Shown here: positions 9,885 through 19,994 of the stretch, piece by piece
How the letters are laid out: every line of letters begins with the position of its first letter
Position numbering within the stretch: position 1 is the stretch's first letter
NCBI GenBank assembly: GCA_964370895.1
Contig: CAYJLR010000001.1
Coordinates: forward strand, 1 to 63,962
Direction of reading: 5' to 3'
From: an uncultured Akkermansia sp.
GTDB taxonomy: Bacteria; Verrucomicrobiota; Verrucomicrobiia; Verrucomicrobiales; Akkermansiaceae
Length of the DNA: 63,962 bases
The notes under the pieces: generated by a model
What the model was told of the DNA's origin: nothing
Seen by the model: only the letters and a program-made list of their open reading frames with translations
The model's database searches: none
Program-made: the position numbers and the translations under genes

Positions 9885-9913
9885 TTGATTTTCAGAGAAG
9901 AGTGAGCTAGTAT
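9885..9913 (+). promoter_or_regulatory. sigma70-type promoter, probably leaderless
   Basis: TTGATT-17-TAGTAT, 6 nt before ATG 9920. Confidence 0.65.
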
Positions 9914-9919
9914 CGCCTA

Positions 9920-11419
9920 ATGAGATCTAGCTCACTCTTTTCAGTTTTAGCAGCGCCTTTATGTTGCGCGTCACTGCTTGCCTATGACATCATCCCTGCA
10001 CCTGTCTCAGTAGAGAAGGGGGATGAGAAGACGAAAAATCTTAGCATCCTGTCAAGTAAGATTGATGTGAACTCTGATAAGTCCCACTTCGAGGCCTACC
10101 GTATAGATATCACTCCCGAGGGGGTTCATATGACATATAATGACGAACAAGCACGACATTATGCCATGGCTAGTCTTGCTCAGCTTGAAGATGAGCTACG
10201 TGCACACCCAGAGGGCATCCCCACAGGTATGATTATTGACTACCCACAGTTTGCATGGCGCGGTTACATGATAGACGTAGCTCGTCACTATATGCCCGTG
10301 GATGAGATGAAAGAGCTCATCACGGAACTAGCCCGTTATAAGTTTAACAAGTTTCATATCCATCTCACCGATGACAATGGCTGGCGTTTCGCTGTACCTG
10401 GCTATCCGAAGATGACGAGTATCGCAAGCAAGCGACGCGAGAGCTTCGGAAATGGTATACCTGAAGGCGGGTACTACACGCGTGAAGATCTCAAGGAAAT
10501 CATCGACTTCTGCGCCCAGCACGGTATGGAAGTTATCCCTGAGATGGATGCACCTGGACATAGTCAAGCTCTGGCCGCTGCATACCCGGAGTTCTTCTGC
10601 GATGTAGAAGAAGCAGAGGTGAGGACAGGAGAAACTGGTCCGAATGGGCGCATCTATCTCACGTGCCCTACGAGAGAAGACCTCTGGGTCTTTTATGATG
10701 CTGCGATCAAGGAACTCGCGAGCATATTCCCTAGCTCCTACATCCATGTAGGAGGTGATGAAGCTCCTACAATAAGCTGGGACAGCTGCCCAGACTGTGC
10801 GAAGCATCGCCAAGAAAAAGGACAAAAGGACGGATCTGACCAGATGCGTGACTTCCTCGCTAGACTCGCAGGAGTCGTCACGAAGCACGGCAAGAAGCCT
10901 ATGTATTGGTATGAACTCGATGATAAGCTCTACCGCGAAGGTGAAGTCGTACATACCTGGTATGCGAATAAAACCGAGGAAGCCGCTAAGGCTGCGAAGA
11001 CGAAGAATCTGAAGCTCATCATCAGCCCATCTACTTACTTCTATCTCGACTTCCCGCAGATAGCAGGTCAGCGTAACTATAATTGGATGCCTAATATGAC
11101 TCTGAAAGATGCTTATAGCTTCGAACCCGAGAAGTACAAGGGGCACTCAGAGGTGCTGGGTATGCAGTGCAATCTCTGGACGGAGCGCGTGCCTAATCAG
11201 GAGCATGTCTTCTACCAGACCTTCCCTCGTGCTATGGCCACGGCTGAGATTAGCTGGTCTCCTGCCTCTCGTCGTGATTGGAAAAGTTTCCAATCACGTG
11301 TTGATGCCCAGAAGAAACCCTACGAAGTGCGCACTGGTTACACTCTCGAACGTACGAAGGAGAACCAGCCTGTCCTCAATCAGGTCTATCCCGCGAACAT
11401 GCCTCAGCCTCAAAAATAA
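9920..11419 (+). CDS. Beta-N-acetylhexosaminidase, GH20
   Basis: Signal peptide, WRGYMIDVARH, HLTDDNGWR, PEMDAPGH, catalytic HVGGDEA. Confidence 0.95.
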   Translation: MRSSSLFSVLAAPLCCASLLAYDIIPAPVSVEKGDEKTKNLSILSSKIDVNSDKSHFEAYRIDITPEGVHMTYNDEQARHYAMASLAQLEDELRAHPEGIPTGMIIDYPQFAWRGYMIDVARHYMPVDEMKELITELARYKFNKFHIHLTDDNGWRFAVPGYPKMTSIASKRRESFGNGIPEGGYYTREDLKEIIDFCAQHGMEVIPEMDAPGHSQALAAAYPEFFCDVEEAEVRTGETGPNGRIYLTCPTREDLWVFYDAAIKELASIFPSSYIHVGGDEAPTISWDSCPDCAKHRQEKGQKDGSDQMRDFLARLAGVVTKHGKKPMYWYELDDKLYREGEVVHTWYANKTEEAAKAAKTKNLKLIISPSTYFYLDFPQIAGQRNYNWMPNMTLKDAYSFEPEKYKGHSEVLGMQCNLWTERVPNQEHVFYQTFPRAMATAEISWSPASRRDWKSFQSRVDAQKKPYEVRTGYTLERTKENQPVLNQVYPANMPQPQK

Positions 11420-11435
11420 GCTAGGCAAGAAGTTT

Positions 11436-11472
11436 AAAAACAAGGAGATTAGCTTATTAAAGCTAATCTCCT
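11436..11472 (-). terminator. Intrinsic terminator between convergent GH20 and HU genes
   Basis: Perfect 13-bp stem AGGAGATTAGCTT/AAGCTAATCTCCT with an A-run on the left flank. Confidence 0.75.
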
Positions 11473-11732
11473 AAAATTTTATCAGACGCGGAAAAGTGTA
11501 ATTCCTTTCCTCCTCGGATGAGGACGGGTTCATTAGTCAGTGGGTGATGCCCCATCCTCGCTTGACGCTCCTTCTGAGAGAAACGCCCAAAGCGCTGTAT
11601 CTGTACTACTTCATCATGGCTCAAGCGTACGATACTCTCCAGCACGGCTTCTAGAGCGGCCGTGGCTGTCTCACGTGTACAGCCTACGCCCATATGGGCT
11701 TGGATGCGGGCTATGAGTTGCCTCTTATTCAT
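11463..11732 (-). CDS. HU/IHF-family DNA-binding protein
   Basis: MNKRQLI...FGRFS...RQARMGHHPLT. Start moved to 11732, giving an ATGA overlap with the upstream gene. Confidence 0.88.
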   Translation of the reverse strand: MNKRQLIARIQAHMGVGCTRETATAALEAVLESIVRLSHDEVVQIQRFGRFSQKERQARMGHHPLTNEPVLIRGGKELHFSASDKILGD

Positions 11733-12433
11733 GCCTGCTCCGCAGGATAGAGCTTGTGAGCCTTCACACCCCATTCTTGACACTGCCAGCTAAGACCTCC
11801 ATCTTCACTTGTAAAGATAGAAACAGCTCCAGTCGCGACCTTCAGGTCATGCTGAGCGCAGAATGAATCATAGTCTCCTGTGATGTGTGGGGCAAAGCGT
11901 ATCGTACCATTCGAAGAAACGCAGAGGAGGGTTTCTTCTTCTTTGATACTCTCGCAGAGCTCTTGCCAGTTCTTACAGATGAGTTCCACGTCTACTTCCC
12001 AGCCTGGAGGCGTGATAGCATGGCTATTCCATTTATCAATAATGGCCTTGCCGCGTGTTCGTAATTCTTCAGTAGTTAAAGCTGAGGCATCGATGCCCTC
12101 GCTTGTCGCGCAATGAATGCCAAGACGTTCTTCCACGATATCTTCCGTCTTGTTCTCATCTGGACCATAGTAGACTTCAATGAAACGCTCATCAGGCATC
12201 ACAGCGCAGAGTGAGCCGAGCTCTTCGGAAGCAAGAGCTGCGGTGGAAAGTGTACGGAGTAGAGGAGCTGCATGGATGCGAGTAGGGAATATGCCTCTAT
12301 CCTTCAGATATTTACCTATGGCGCGTCCTCGCTGTTCTTCTACGAGGGGGAGATCTGTGTGTGAGCCGACGCGAGTGGGGGTCTCTCCGGGGCGGAAGGT
12401 ATTTCCATGACGAGCGATGACGAGTGTTTTCAT
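11729..12433 (-). CDS. Histidine phosphatase (phosphoglycerate mutase-like) family protein
   Basis: N-terminal RHG motif and PLLRT. Confidence 0.85.
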   Translation of the reverse strand: MKTLVIARHGNTFRPGETPTRVGSHTDLPLVEEQRGRAIGKYLKDRGIFPTRIHAAPLLRTLSTAALASEELGSLCAVMPDERFIEVYYGPDENKTEDIVEERLGIHCATSEGIDASALTTEELRTRGKAIIDKWNSHAITPPGWEVDVELICKNWQELCESIKEEETLLCVSSNGTIRFAPHITGDYDSFCAQHDLKVATGAVSIFTSEDGGLSWQCQEWGVKAHKLYPAEQA

Positions 12434-12455
12434 ATGTGAAGTGTGTGTAATTAAA

Positions 12456-14312
12456 TTAGGCAGGGTCTTCTTCTATGCGGAGATGGTCGATGATGTACTG
12501 ACGACGCGCATCTGTATTCTCACCCATATAGAAATTAAGCAATTCCTTGATATTATGTGCATGGTCTAGGCTCACTTGCTCAAGGCGTATATCTTCCTCG
12601 CTGATGAAGCCCTTGAACTCGTTTGGCGATATTTCACCGAGTCCCTTGAATCGTGTGATCTCAGCTTGCTTGCCAAGCTTCGCTAGCGCTTTCACGCGCT
12701 CTTGTTCAGAGTAGCAATAAATAGTAGTCTTCTTGTTACGAACGCGGAAGAGCGGTGTCTGCAGGATGTAGAGATGCTCCTCTTGGATGAGTTCCTTGAA
12801 ATACTGGATGAAGAAGGTGAGTAAAAGAAGTCGAATGTGCATGCCGTCCACGTCAGCATCTGTAGCGATGATGACCTTATTATAGCGCAGATCTGCGATG
12901 CTCTTGTCTATGTTCAGCGCGAGATGCAGGAGGTCTAGTTCCTCGTTGACACTCTTCTCGAAAAGTGAAGCTCGGCTCATACCGAAGCAATTTACAGGCT
13001 TACCGCGGAGTGAGAAGACAGCCTGAGTCTCCGCATTACGCGCTGTGGTGATAGAGCCTGATGCGGAGTCACCCTCCGTGATAAAGAGCATGGTCTCAGC
13101 TGCTTGCTTATGCTTCGTGTTATAATGCACTCGGCAGTCGCGTAGCTTCTTATTATGGACACGAGCCTTTTTAGCGCGTTCCTTGGAGACCTTCCCTGTG
13201 ACACCAGCTATTTCTTTACGGGCACGCTCGTTTTCTTTAATCTTCTCTTCGATGATCTGAGCGACTTCGGGATTGCGGTGTAGGTAGTTATCCAACTCTC
13301 GGCTTAGGAAGTTCCCCACGAAGGTACGTATGGTTTCCTTACCAGGACCCATTGTTGTACTGCCGAGGCGTGTCTTGGTCTGAGACTCAAAGCTTGGGTC
13401 GATGATCTTTATGCTGATCGCCGCTTCTATGCTGCCACGTATGTCTGAGGCTTCGTAGTTCTTCTTAAAGAAGCTTTGAAGGCTCTTTACGACGCCTTCG
13501 CGGAAAGCATTCTGATGCGGACCTCCAAGAATGGTGTGCTGTCCATTCGCGAAGGAATAGTACTCTTCGCCGAACTCATTTCCATGCGTGATGGCAACCT
13601 CGATATCATCGCCAGTGAGATGAATAGGGGAGTAGAGAGGCTCGGAGCTGATCTGCTCATTCAAGAGGTCGAGCAGACCATTCTGAGAGACGAATCTCTT
13701 CTTGTTGTAGCGTATGGTGAGACCCTTGTTTAAATAGCTGTAGTAGCGACACTTGCGCTCTATGATCTCATCTCGGAAAGCCACATCAGGCAAGAACAGG
13801 CTACGGTCGATGAGGAAGGAGATACGTGTACCATTCGCCTCTTCTGTGTCGAATGTCTCATCACTGCCTTCTAGGAGCTCACCCTGCGAGAAGCGAAGGC
13901 GACGTGTCTTACCATTACGATAAGCCTGAGCTTCGAATTCTATTGAGAGTGCGTTTACTGCCTTGATACCCACACCATTGAGACCGACTGACTTCTTGAA
14001 AGCTTCACTATCGTACTTACCCCCTGTGTTAATCTTGGCCACACAGTCAAAGAGCTTCCCTAATGGAATACCACGCCCGAAGTCACGAACCTCGCAGCGT
14101 CCCTCTTTGTCAATCGTGATATGAATGCGATTCCCTGCCCCCATGACGAACTCATCGATAGCATTATCAATGACTTCCTTAAAGAGAATATACAATGCCT
14201 CATCCTCAGTCGATCCATCACCGAGCTTTCCTACATACATGCCTGCACGGAGGCGGATGTGTTGTTTCCAGTCAAGTGTTTGGATAGATTCTTCGGTATA
14301 TTCTGCTGGCAT
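12456..14312 (-). CDS. parE: DNA topoisomerase IV subunit B
   Basis: GHKL motifs (EVIDNAIDE, DFGRGIP, GLNGVG), TOPRIM (TEGDSA, DADVDG) and RFKGLGE. Short ParE-type length. Confidence 0.85.
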   Translation of the reverse strand: MPAEYTEESIQTLDWKQHIRLRAGMYVGKLGDGSTEDEALYILFKEVIDNAIDEFVMGAGNRIHITIDKEGRCEVRDFGRGIPLGKLFDCVAKINTGGKYDSEAFKKSVGLNGVGIKAVNALSIEFEAQAYRNGKTRRLRFSQGELLEGSDETFDTEEANGTRISFLIDRSLFLPDVAFRDEIIERKCRYYSYLNKGLTIRYNKKRFVSQNGLLDLLNEQISSEPLYSPIHLTGDDIEVAITHGNEFGEEYYSFANGQHTILGGPHQNAFREGVVKSLQSFFKKNYEASDIRGSIEAAISIKIIDPSFESQTKTRLGSTTMGPGKETIRTFVGNFLSRELDNYLHRNPEVAQIIEEKIKENERARKEIAGVTGKVSKERAKKARVHNKKLRDCRVHYNTKHKQAAETMLFITEGDSASGSITTARNAETQAVFSLRGKPVNCFGMSRASLFEKSVNEELDLLHLALNIDKSIADLRYNKVIIATDADVDGMHIRLLLLTFFIQYFKELIQEEHLYILQTPLFRVRNKKTTIYCYSEQERVKALAKLGKQAEITRFKGLGEISPNEFKGFISEEDIRLEQVSLDHAHNIKELLNFYMGENTDARRQYIIDHLRIEEDPA

Positions 14313-14322
14313 GGTAGGGCGT

Positions 14323-14351
14323 ATTATAGTGACTCTTTAAGCCTTTGACAA
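14323..14351 (-). promoter_or_regulatory. sigma70-type promoter of parE
   Basis: TTGTCA-17-TATAAT, 10 nt before the ATG. Confidence 0.7.
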
Positions 14352-14390
14352 GGGGGAATAGTGGTATAAAAGTATTTAGATAGGGAATTC

Positions 14391-14894
14391 CTAGGACGAG
14401 CACACCGTCATGAGGAATCCTATGACAAGAATCACGATGATAGTAGAGAGGCCGAAACCCTCTTCGTTTTTCTGTTTTTTCTCAGCCTTCCACGGCCATT
14501 CGACCTTTGGCTGATGTGGATTCTCAGTTTTAGTCGAAGAGGAACGGGGTGGGGTTGTCTTCGGAGCTGGGTGATTTCTGCTCTGCTGAGGAATGGGAGG
14601 CAGTGATTGAGGAATAACCGATTCCTTCACATTGCTTGCTTGAGGAGTCACCTTAGCAATAGGTTCTAAGATAACAGGAATGGTATGTGTGGGCGTGATA
14701 TCCACTATGGAGGGCTTATTGGGTAGAGCAGAGAGTGAATGCTGCTGAGAGGCGAGCGATTTTGCACGCTTTGTTTGCTCATCTATCATCTTCTGAAGAT
14801 TAAAAATGAGTGAATTAGACATACGTTCCAGTTCGGCGCGCTGACTATCGAGGTGTGCGTTGTTCTCTGTTTGGCTATCCTTCATGGGTCTCAT
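14391..14894 (-). CDS. Hypothetical protein (coiled coil, Pro-rich linker, C-terminal TM helix)
   Basis: 167-aa ORF overlapping the upstream gene; hydrophobic C-terminus. Confidence 0.7.
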   Translation of the reverse strand: MRPMKDSQTENNAHLDSQRAELERMSNSLIFNLQKMIDEQTKRAKSLASQQHSLSALPNKPSIVDITPTHTIPVILEPIAKVTPQASNVKESVIPQSLPPIPQQSRNHPAPKTTPPRSSSTKTENPHQPKVEWPWKAEKKQKNEEGFGLSTIIVILVIGFLMTVCSS

Positions 14895-15435
14895 TCTTGG
14901 TGGACTCTCTTTGTAATCTCTCTGCTTTTAAAATAATAGCAATGAGCTTCTGCTTATCGCCGCGGGCATTCCACACGAGCTGTAAGAAGTCCGCAGGATG
15001 GAAGTCCCCGTGTTCTTTTAGGAATTTTCTATCTTGAGCACAATAAAACATCACCGAAGGATCGAGATTTCCGTGAAGCTTCGCCTCAGCCTTGCGAAGA
15101 ATGCGCGGTAGGTAAGATATATCCTGAAGCGCCTCATATTCTCGAGGTAGCTGAGATTCCAGAATAATAGGCATCTGCCCTCTGATATTACGCTGGGAGT
15201 TGATAAAAAAAGAACGACGAACGGAAGCAATCAACAGGGATAGTGATGGGCTGGGGTAGCCCTCTATAGCATAAGCCTTAATATAAGGATAAAGCTCAGT
15301 TGACTGATAACCTATACTTTCAAAAAACGCGATCTCATCAGGGAGAAAAAACTGATCAGGAACTTGGGTAGGCGCTAAGTGATAGCGCTCTACTCCCTCC
15401 TTGAAAATACGCATAAAGTGATCATTCCATTCCAT
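14875..15435 (-). CDS. DUF5069-like hypothetical protein
   Basis: C-terminal YLPRILRKAEAKLHGNL...YCAQDRKFL pattern. Start set at the second ATG, 6 nt from TATAAT. Confidence 0.65.
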   Translation of the reverse strand: MEWNDHFMRIFKEGVERYHLAPTQVPDQFFLPDEIAFFESIGYQSTELYPYIKAYAIEGYPSPSLSLLIASVRRSFFINSQRNIRGQMPIILESQLPREYEALQDISYLPRILRKAEAKLHGNLDPSVMFYCAQDRKFLKEHGDFHPADFLQLVWNARGDKQKLIAIILKAERLQRESTKNETHEG

Positions 15436-15441
15436 GCTCAT

Positions 15442-15470
15442 ATTATAGGCTAGAGCTTAGCCCTCGTCAA
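15442..15470 (-). promoter_or_regulatory. sigma70-type promoter, probably leaderless
   Basis: TTGACG-17-TATAAT, 6 nt before ATG 15435. Confidence 0.75.
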
Positions 15471-15607
15471 GAGCTAGTTAATGATGATGAAACAGAAATG
15501 ATTGAGATCTTGCTTAACTCATATAAGAGCACTAATAAGGATGTAGACCATGAGCGATGAGCGAGGATCGGATGGGATTACTGACATATAACAAAAATGA
15601 TCCATAC

Positions 15608-15635
15608 TTGACAGGGAAATCTAACTTATTATAAT
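15608..15635 (+). promoter_or_regulatory. sigma70-type promoter, probably leaderless
   Basis: TTGACA-16-TATAAT, 7 nt before ATG 15643. Confidence 0.8.
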
Positions 15636-15642
15636 AGCTCCA

Positions 15643-16596
15643 ATGATTACCACCCCAAAAGCTATCGGTGTTGACTTCGGTGCTACGAGCATCAAGATAG
15701 CTGTCTGTCAAGGAAGCGAGATTATAGAGCGCGCTACGCCTTTAATAACGGGCGATTATGATAGTCCACTCACGATTATTGATGCTATGTGCGGGCAGAT
15801 TAAGCTGCTTCGTAGCTCTTATCCTGATATCGTAGGTATAGGTCTAGGTATGCCAGGCTGGGTGGATTTTAATAGGGGGGTACTCTACCACTTGACAAAT
15901 GTTCCCGTCTGGGATCACGAGGTACCTGTCTGTTCTATCATGCGTGAAGCTCTAGGGCTACCCGTAGTCATGGATAATGATGCTAACTGTATGGCCTATG
16001 CTGAGTGGAGACTCGGTGCAGGTAAAGGGATGGAAAGTCTCGTGAATATCACTCTTGGTACGGGGGTAGGTGGCGGTATCGTCGTGGCGAATCAGCTGCT
16101 GCGCGGTCGCCATCTCTCGACAGGTGAGATTGGTATGGTCAGCATCGATTACAAGGGAAAAATGGGGCCTTTCGGGAATCGTGGTGGCATAGAAGAGTAC
16201 ATAGGCAATAATGAAATGGCCGCTGACGCGCAGGAACGCTATCGTGCGGCAGGTATAGAAAAGAGCCTTGAGGAATGCATGCCTTATCCACTGGAACTCG
16301 CTGCTCGTGCTGGCGATAAGATAGCTCTGCAGGTGTACGACGACTTTACAGAGAAGCTGGCAAGTCTTCTCATGGGGCTGATGTTCACGCTGACTCCTGA
16401 TGCCTTCATCCTCGGTGGAGGTGTGTCGAAGGCGGGTGATCTACTCTTCCCTCCTCTGATGGAAAAGGTGAAGGCTCAGCTGCCTTCTGTATATCATCAG
16501 CATCTTCGCATTATTCCTGCCGAATTCGCGAATGATGCAGGGATGATAGGCGCCGCAATGATGGCCTGCGAGGCTGCAGAATTGTGTGTGGACTAA
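15643..16596 (+). CDS. ROK-family sugar kinase (glucokinase-like)
   Basis: GVDFGAT, DNDAN, TLGTGVGGG and GEIG motifs. Confidence 0.92.
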   Translation: MITTPKAIGVDFGATSIKIAVCQGSEIIERATPLITGDYDSPLTIIDAMCGQIKLLRSSYPDIVGIGLGMPGWVDFNRGVLYHLTNVPVWDHEVPVCSIMREALGLPVVMDNDANCMAYAEWRLGAGKGMESLVNITLGTGVGGGIVVANQLLRGRHLSTGEIGMVSIDYKGKMGPFGNRGGIEEYIGNNEMAADAQERYRAAGIEKSLEECMPYPLELAARAGDKIALQVYDDFTEKLASLLMGLMFTLTPDAFILGGGVSKAGDLLFPPLMEKVKAQLPSVYHQHLRIIPAEFANDAGMIGAAMMACEAAELCVD

Positions 16597-16614
16597 ACTT
16601 AACTACACCTCTCT

Positions 16615-18066
16615 ATGTCCTTACTTCAAATAAGCGCCCTCATAGGGTTGCTTCTCTACTTCGCTATTCTTCTTTTTGCGGTTTCTCGTGAGAAGAAAAA
16701 TCAGAACGTGCTCGATTACTTCTTTGCTGGGCGTTCACTTCCATTCTGGGCACTTTCTATTACTTTCATCGCCTCGTGGTGGGGCGCAGGGTCTGCGATA
16801 GAAACCGCAAATCTCGGCTATCAAGATGGTATAGGTGCCTTCTGGTACTATGGCGTACCGGTGCTGCTCGCCACGCTTTTCATGATGCTGGGATCGAAGC
16901 GTATACGACGCATAGGCTACCTGACACAGGGGCATATGATCACGGCTCGATATTCTAGCTCAGTGGCGAAGATTCTATCTTTCATGATTCTCATCTTCAT
17001 GAGTATCACGGCCGCGACACAGATGGTAGGAGTGGGGAAGTTCTTTGGTGAATACCTAGGGATGAGCTATGAGGTGGCAGTCTTTGTTGGGACGGGCATT
17101 GTGTTAGTATATTCCTTGCTCGGAGGCTTCCGCGGGGTGGTTCTTACGGATGTGATTCAGTTCTTCTTACTGCTTATTTCGGCGGTACTGATTTTTGTTA
17201 TTGCTTATATGAAATCAGGTGGCTGGGAGGCGATTGCTATGGTAGCAGAGCAGAGGGGAAAAGTCGGGTATATGGATTTCGGAGCAGGTATGGAGAAGTA
17301 CCTCATGTACGTCATTACCTTCGGCTTAGCTTGGTGTGTCGCAGCTAATATATGGCAGCGCATCTCAGCGACGAAGGATGATGGGGAAGCTCTGAAGATG
17401 ACTGGTATGAGTTTCATCGTTTTTGTACCTCTGTACCTCATTGTTGTTCTTACAGGTATGGCTGGGTTAGCTCTTTATGCTGATCTGCCAGCAGGTGGGA
17501 TAGTCACTGCCATCGTGATGGATCATATGCATCCCATCCTCGGAGCGGTAGTATTCATCGGCATATCAGCCGCTATCATGTCTACCATGGACTCTCTCAT
17601 TAATACCGCAGCCATGACATTGACGCTGGATGTGGTGAATACAGATAAGATGGAGGAGAAGAGTAAACTGCGTCTCTCACGTTATGCGACGCTGGGCATC
17701 ACTATTTTCGGTCTCATCGTCGCTCTACAGATACGCTCTATCTTGGAGCTTAGTTGGCTCGCTGCTGATATCATCACGACGGGGGCTTTCGTGCCTCTCG
17801 TGATGGGGTTCATCTGGAAGAGGGGGAATACGAAGGGCGCGATGGCCTCGATGATCATAGGGATGCTGTACTGCTTCTACAATCTAGCACGCATGAGCGT
17901 GCAGAAACTAGGAACAGACCTGCCAGCATGCTGGGAATTATCTTCTGCTCAGCAGGTGATTTACGGCATAGGCTTATCCTTGGTTGTTTATATCACGGTT
18001 AGTTTGCTCTCTAAGCCTGAGTACGAGAAGGCAGAGGACTTTGTCATGAAGTCATTAAAAGGCTAA
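16615..18066 (+). CDS. Sodium:solute symporter (SSS) family protein
   Basis: Many TM helices, YFFAGRSL, GGFRGVVLTDVIQ, AAIMSTMDS. Confidence 0.92.
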   Translation: MSLLQISALIGLLLYFAILLFAVSREKKNQNVLDYFFAGRSLPFWALSITFIASWWGAGSAIETANLGYQDGIGAFWYYGVPVLLATLFMMLGSKRIRRIGYLTQGHMITARYSSSVAKILSFMILIFMSITAATQMVGVGKFFGEYLGMSYEVAVFVGTGIVLVYSLLGGFRGVVLTDVIQFFLLLISAVLIFVIAYMKSGGWEAIAMVAEQRGKVGYMDFGAGMEKYLMYVITFGLAWCVAANIWQRISATKDDGEALKMTGMSFIVFVPLYLIVVLTGMAGLALYADLPAGGIVTAIVMDHMHPILGAVVFIGISAAIMSTMDSLINTAAMTLTLDVVNTDKMEEKSKLRLSRYATLGITIFGLIVALQIRSILELSWLAADIITTGAFVPLVMGFIWKRGNTKGAMASMIIGMLYCFYNLARMSVQKLGTDLPACWELSSAQQVIYGIGLSLVVYITVSLLSKPEYEKAEDFVMKSLKG

Positions 18067-18084
18067 GTTTCCTGGTATCTCATT

Positions 18085-18127
18085 AAAAAGCCCCATCATT
18101 CGTTCAGAATAATGGGGCTGCTCTTTT
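18085..18127. terminator. Intrinsic terminator between convergent genes
   Basis: AGCCCCAT...ATGGGGCT stem with an A-run on the left and T-rich sequence on the right. Confidence 0.75.
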
Positions 18128-18138
18128 GAATAGCACTA

Positions 18139-18576
18139 TTAATCAGCTATGACTTTAAAGAAGGCTTCACAGCATGTCTTGAAATCTGCGTGATTGTTAT
18201 ATTTATTTTCCTTCAAGTAGGCTTGTGACGCTTCCAAAGCTGCTGATATCTTTTCCATACGCGTCACTAGTTCCTCTGAGTCATAGTAGAGCGCTAGTGC
18301 TTCGATTTCATTGCTTGATAATTCTACGTCACTCATGCCATTTAACTCGGACTTTAGGTCAGCTACATAGGCTGACATTTCGCCTATGGCAGCGGCTGCA
18401 TTATTAATTTCCATGTCGCCAGCTTTCACACTGTCAAGAATAGCTATACATGATTCTATCGCTCCGAAGTATTCATTGTTAAGGCGTTTTATCTTATCGA
18501 TATTAGATTCTTCGCTAGCCACGCATACCATAGAAGGAAGTATGCTGAGCGCGGATATGGTGAAAATCGTTTTCAT
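18139..18576 (-). CDS. Hypothetical exported helical protein (tandem paralog A)
   Basis: Signal peptide MKTIFTIS...; clear similarity to the adjacent ORF. Confidence 0.75.
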   Translation of the reverse strand: MKTIFTISALSILPSMVCVASEESNIDKIKRLNNEYFGAIESCIAILDSVKAGDMEINNAAAAIGEMSAYVADLKSELNGMSDVELSSNEIEALALYYDSEELVTRMEKISAALEASQAYLKENKYNNHADFKTCCEAFFKVIAD

Positions 18577-18644
18577 AATACTCATATTTATCACTTTACA
18601 TTATCTGTGTCAATAAGTAGCTAAAAAAATTAGACAGCCTTTTA

Positions 18645-19076
18645 CTATAATAATGCCTTACGGAAGTCTTCGCATGACTCCTTCAGTCCTGCGTGGTTAC
18701 CATATTTACTTTCTTTTAGATAGGCGTCACAGGCTTCAATATCTAGCTCAACTTGTTGTATTTTTTCACACATGTCAGAACTCGCGAGAAGTGTACGTAT
18801 TTTTAATTCCTCCTCATCTGAGAGCGTCTTTGTCAAGGTCTCTAGCTCCGCCTTAAGAGCAGACATAGAAGCCTCCATTTCGCCTATAGCTAAAGCGGCA
18901 TTATCGTGATTCATCTCACCCGATTTCACATCATTGACGATTGTGACATAGGATTCAAGAATCGCAACTACTCCATCTATTTTATTCTTGCATGAGTATA
19001 CTTTACATTCTTCGCTGGCTGCGCAGAGCATAACTGAGGTCACGCAGATAGCTGATATAGAGAGAAACGCTTTCAT
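18645..19076 (-). CDS. Hypothetical exported helical protein (tandem paralog B)
   Basis: Signal peptide MKAFLSIS...; shares VKxGxM..NAAxAIGEM and AYLKExKYxNHA with paralog A. Confidence 0.75.
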   Translation of the reverse strand: MKAFLSISAICVTSVMLCAASEECKVYSCKNKIDGVVAILESYVTIVNDVKSGEMNHDNAALAIGEMEASMSALKAELETLTKTLSDEEELKIRTLLASSDMCEKIQQVELDIEACDAYLKESKYGNHAGLKESCEDFRKALL

Positions 19077-19140
19077 AATATTCTTGTATATCACATATTA
19101 TTAAAATATCAACAATAAATGTGAATAAATTAGAATTAAA

Positions 19141-19923
19141 TTACGTGTCAAGATCGACCTCTAGACCATCATAAGCTGCTTCCATGAAATCAGGTAGCGC
19201 TTCACGCAGATAAGCATCACTGAGTGCATGTCCCATATGCGTTGTGTATCCACGTCGAGGCTGGAGGGCCTTCATGAAGTCTATATTCTCCATGAGTGTC
19301 ATATGCGTCGGGTGTATCTTCAGCCCGAGAGCATCCATTGCTAGGGCATCTAGCTCCATGAGTGACGGCATAGACTCCTCTGGTATATTCTTAGCATCAG
19401 AGATATAGCCAAAACTCTTTCCCTCAGCACGGAAGACATATCCGAAACTATCGACACTCGCATGCTCCACGCGCACAGGTGTCACCTCGATATCTCCGAT
19501 ATAGAAGGGTGTCAGACCGTCATGCTCACGTGCTTCTGGCTGGATATAGCCCTTGTAGGTATTATCCACTGAGAATGCCCAGCCGTACATGCGTTTCAGC
19601 TGATCCATGCAGCTAGGGTATGCATAGAGGGGGAGCTTTTCTTCACGATGCCAGCAGAAGGCTCGTAGCTCATCGAATCCTGACACATGGTCTAGGTGTG
19701 CGTGTGTATAAAGGACGGCATCAATAGCTGTGAGTTTGTGCTGTAATGCTTGAGCACGCAGATCTGTTCCTGCGTCGACAAGAAGAGTCGTCCTCTCCGT
19801 TCTGATCAGCAGCGAAGAACGCAGTCGCTTGTCGCGCGGATTATCCGAACGACAAACATCACATTCACAGCCGATGACAGGTACGCCTGTTGATGTGCCT
19901 GTCCCTAAAAAAAGTAGCTTCAT
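19141..19923 (-). CDS. MBL-fold metallo-hydrolase (PhnP/YycJ-like phosphodiesterase)
   Basis: LGTGTSTGVP..C.C..C and THAHLDH motifs. Confidence 0.9.
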   Translation of the reverse strand: MKLLFLGTGTSTGVPVIGCECDVCRSDNPRDKRLRSSLLIRTERTTLLVDAGTDLRAQALQHKLTAIDAVLYTHAHLDHVSGFDELRAFCWHREEKLPLYAYPSCMDQLKRMYGWAFSVDNTYKGYIQPEAREHDGLTPFYIGDIEVTPVRVEHASVDSFGYVFRAEGKSFGYISDAKNIPEESMPSLMELDALAMDALGLKIHPTHMTLMENIDFMKALQPRRGYTTHMGHALSDAYLREALPDFMEAAYDGLEVDLDT

Positions 19924-19994
19924 CTAAGAAAAAATCCCTTTGATTTCGTCGCACAATTATGCCATAATGAAGCCCACAAGGTAAAGAAAATAGT

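Noticed and set aside
10328..11146. 272-aa antisense ORF opposite GH20 (similarly 29336-30148, 51262-51981, 61433-62134)
   Set aside because: Shadow ORFs on the opposite strand of well-supported genes, with no motifs or expression signals.
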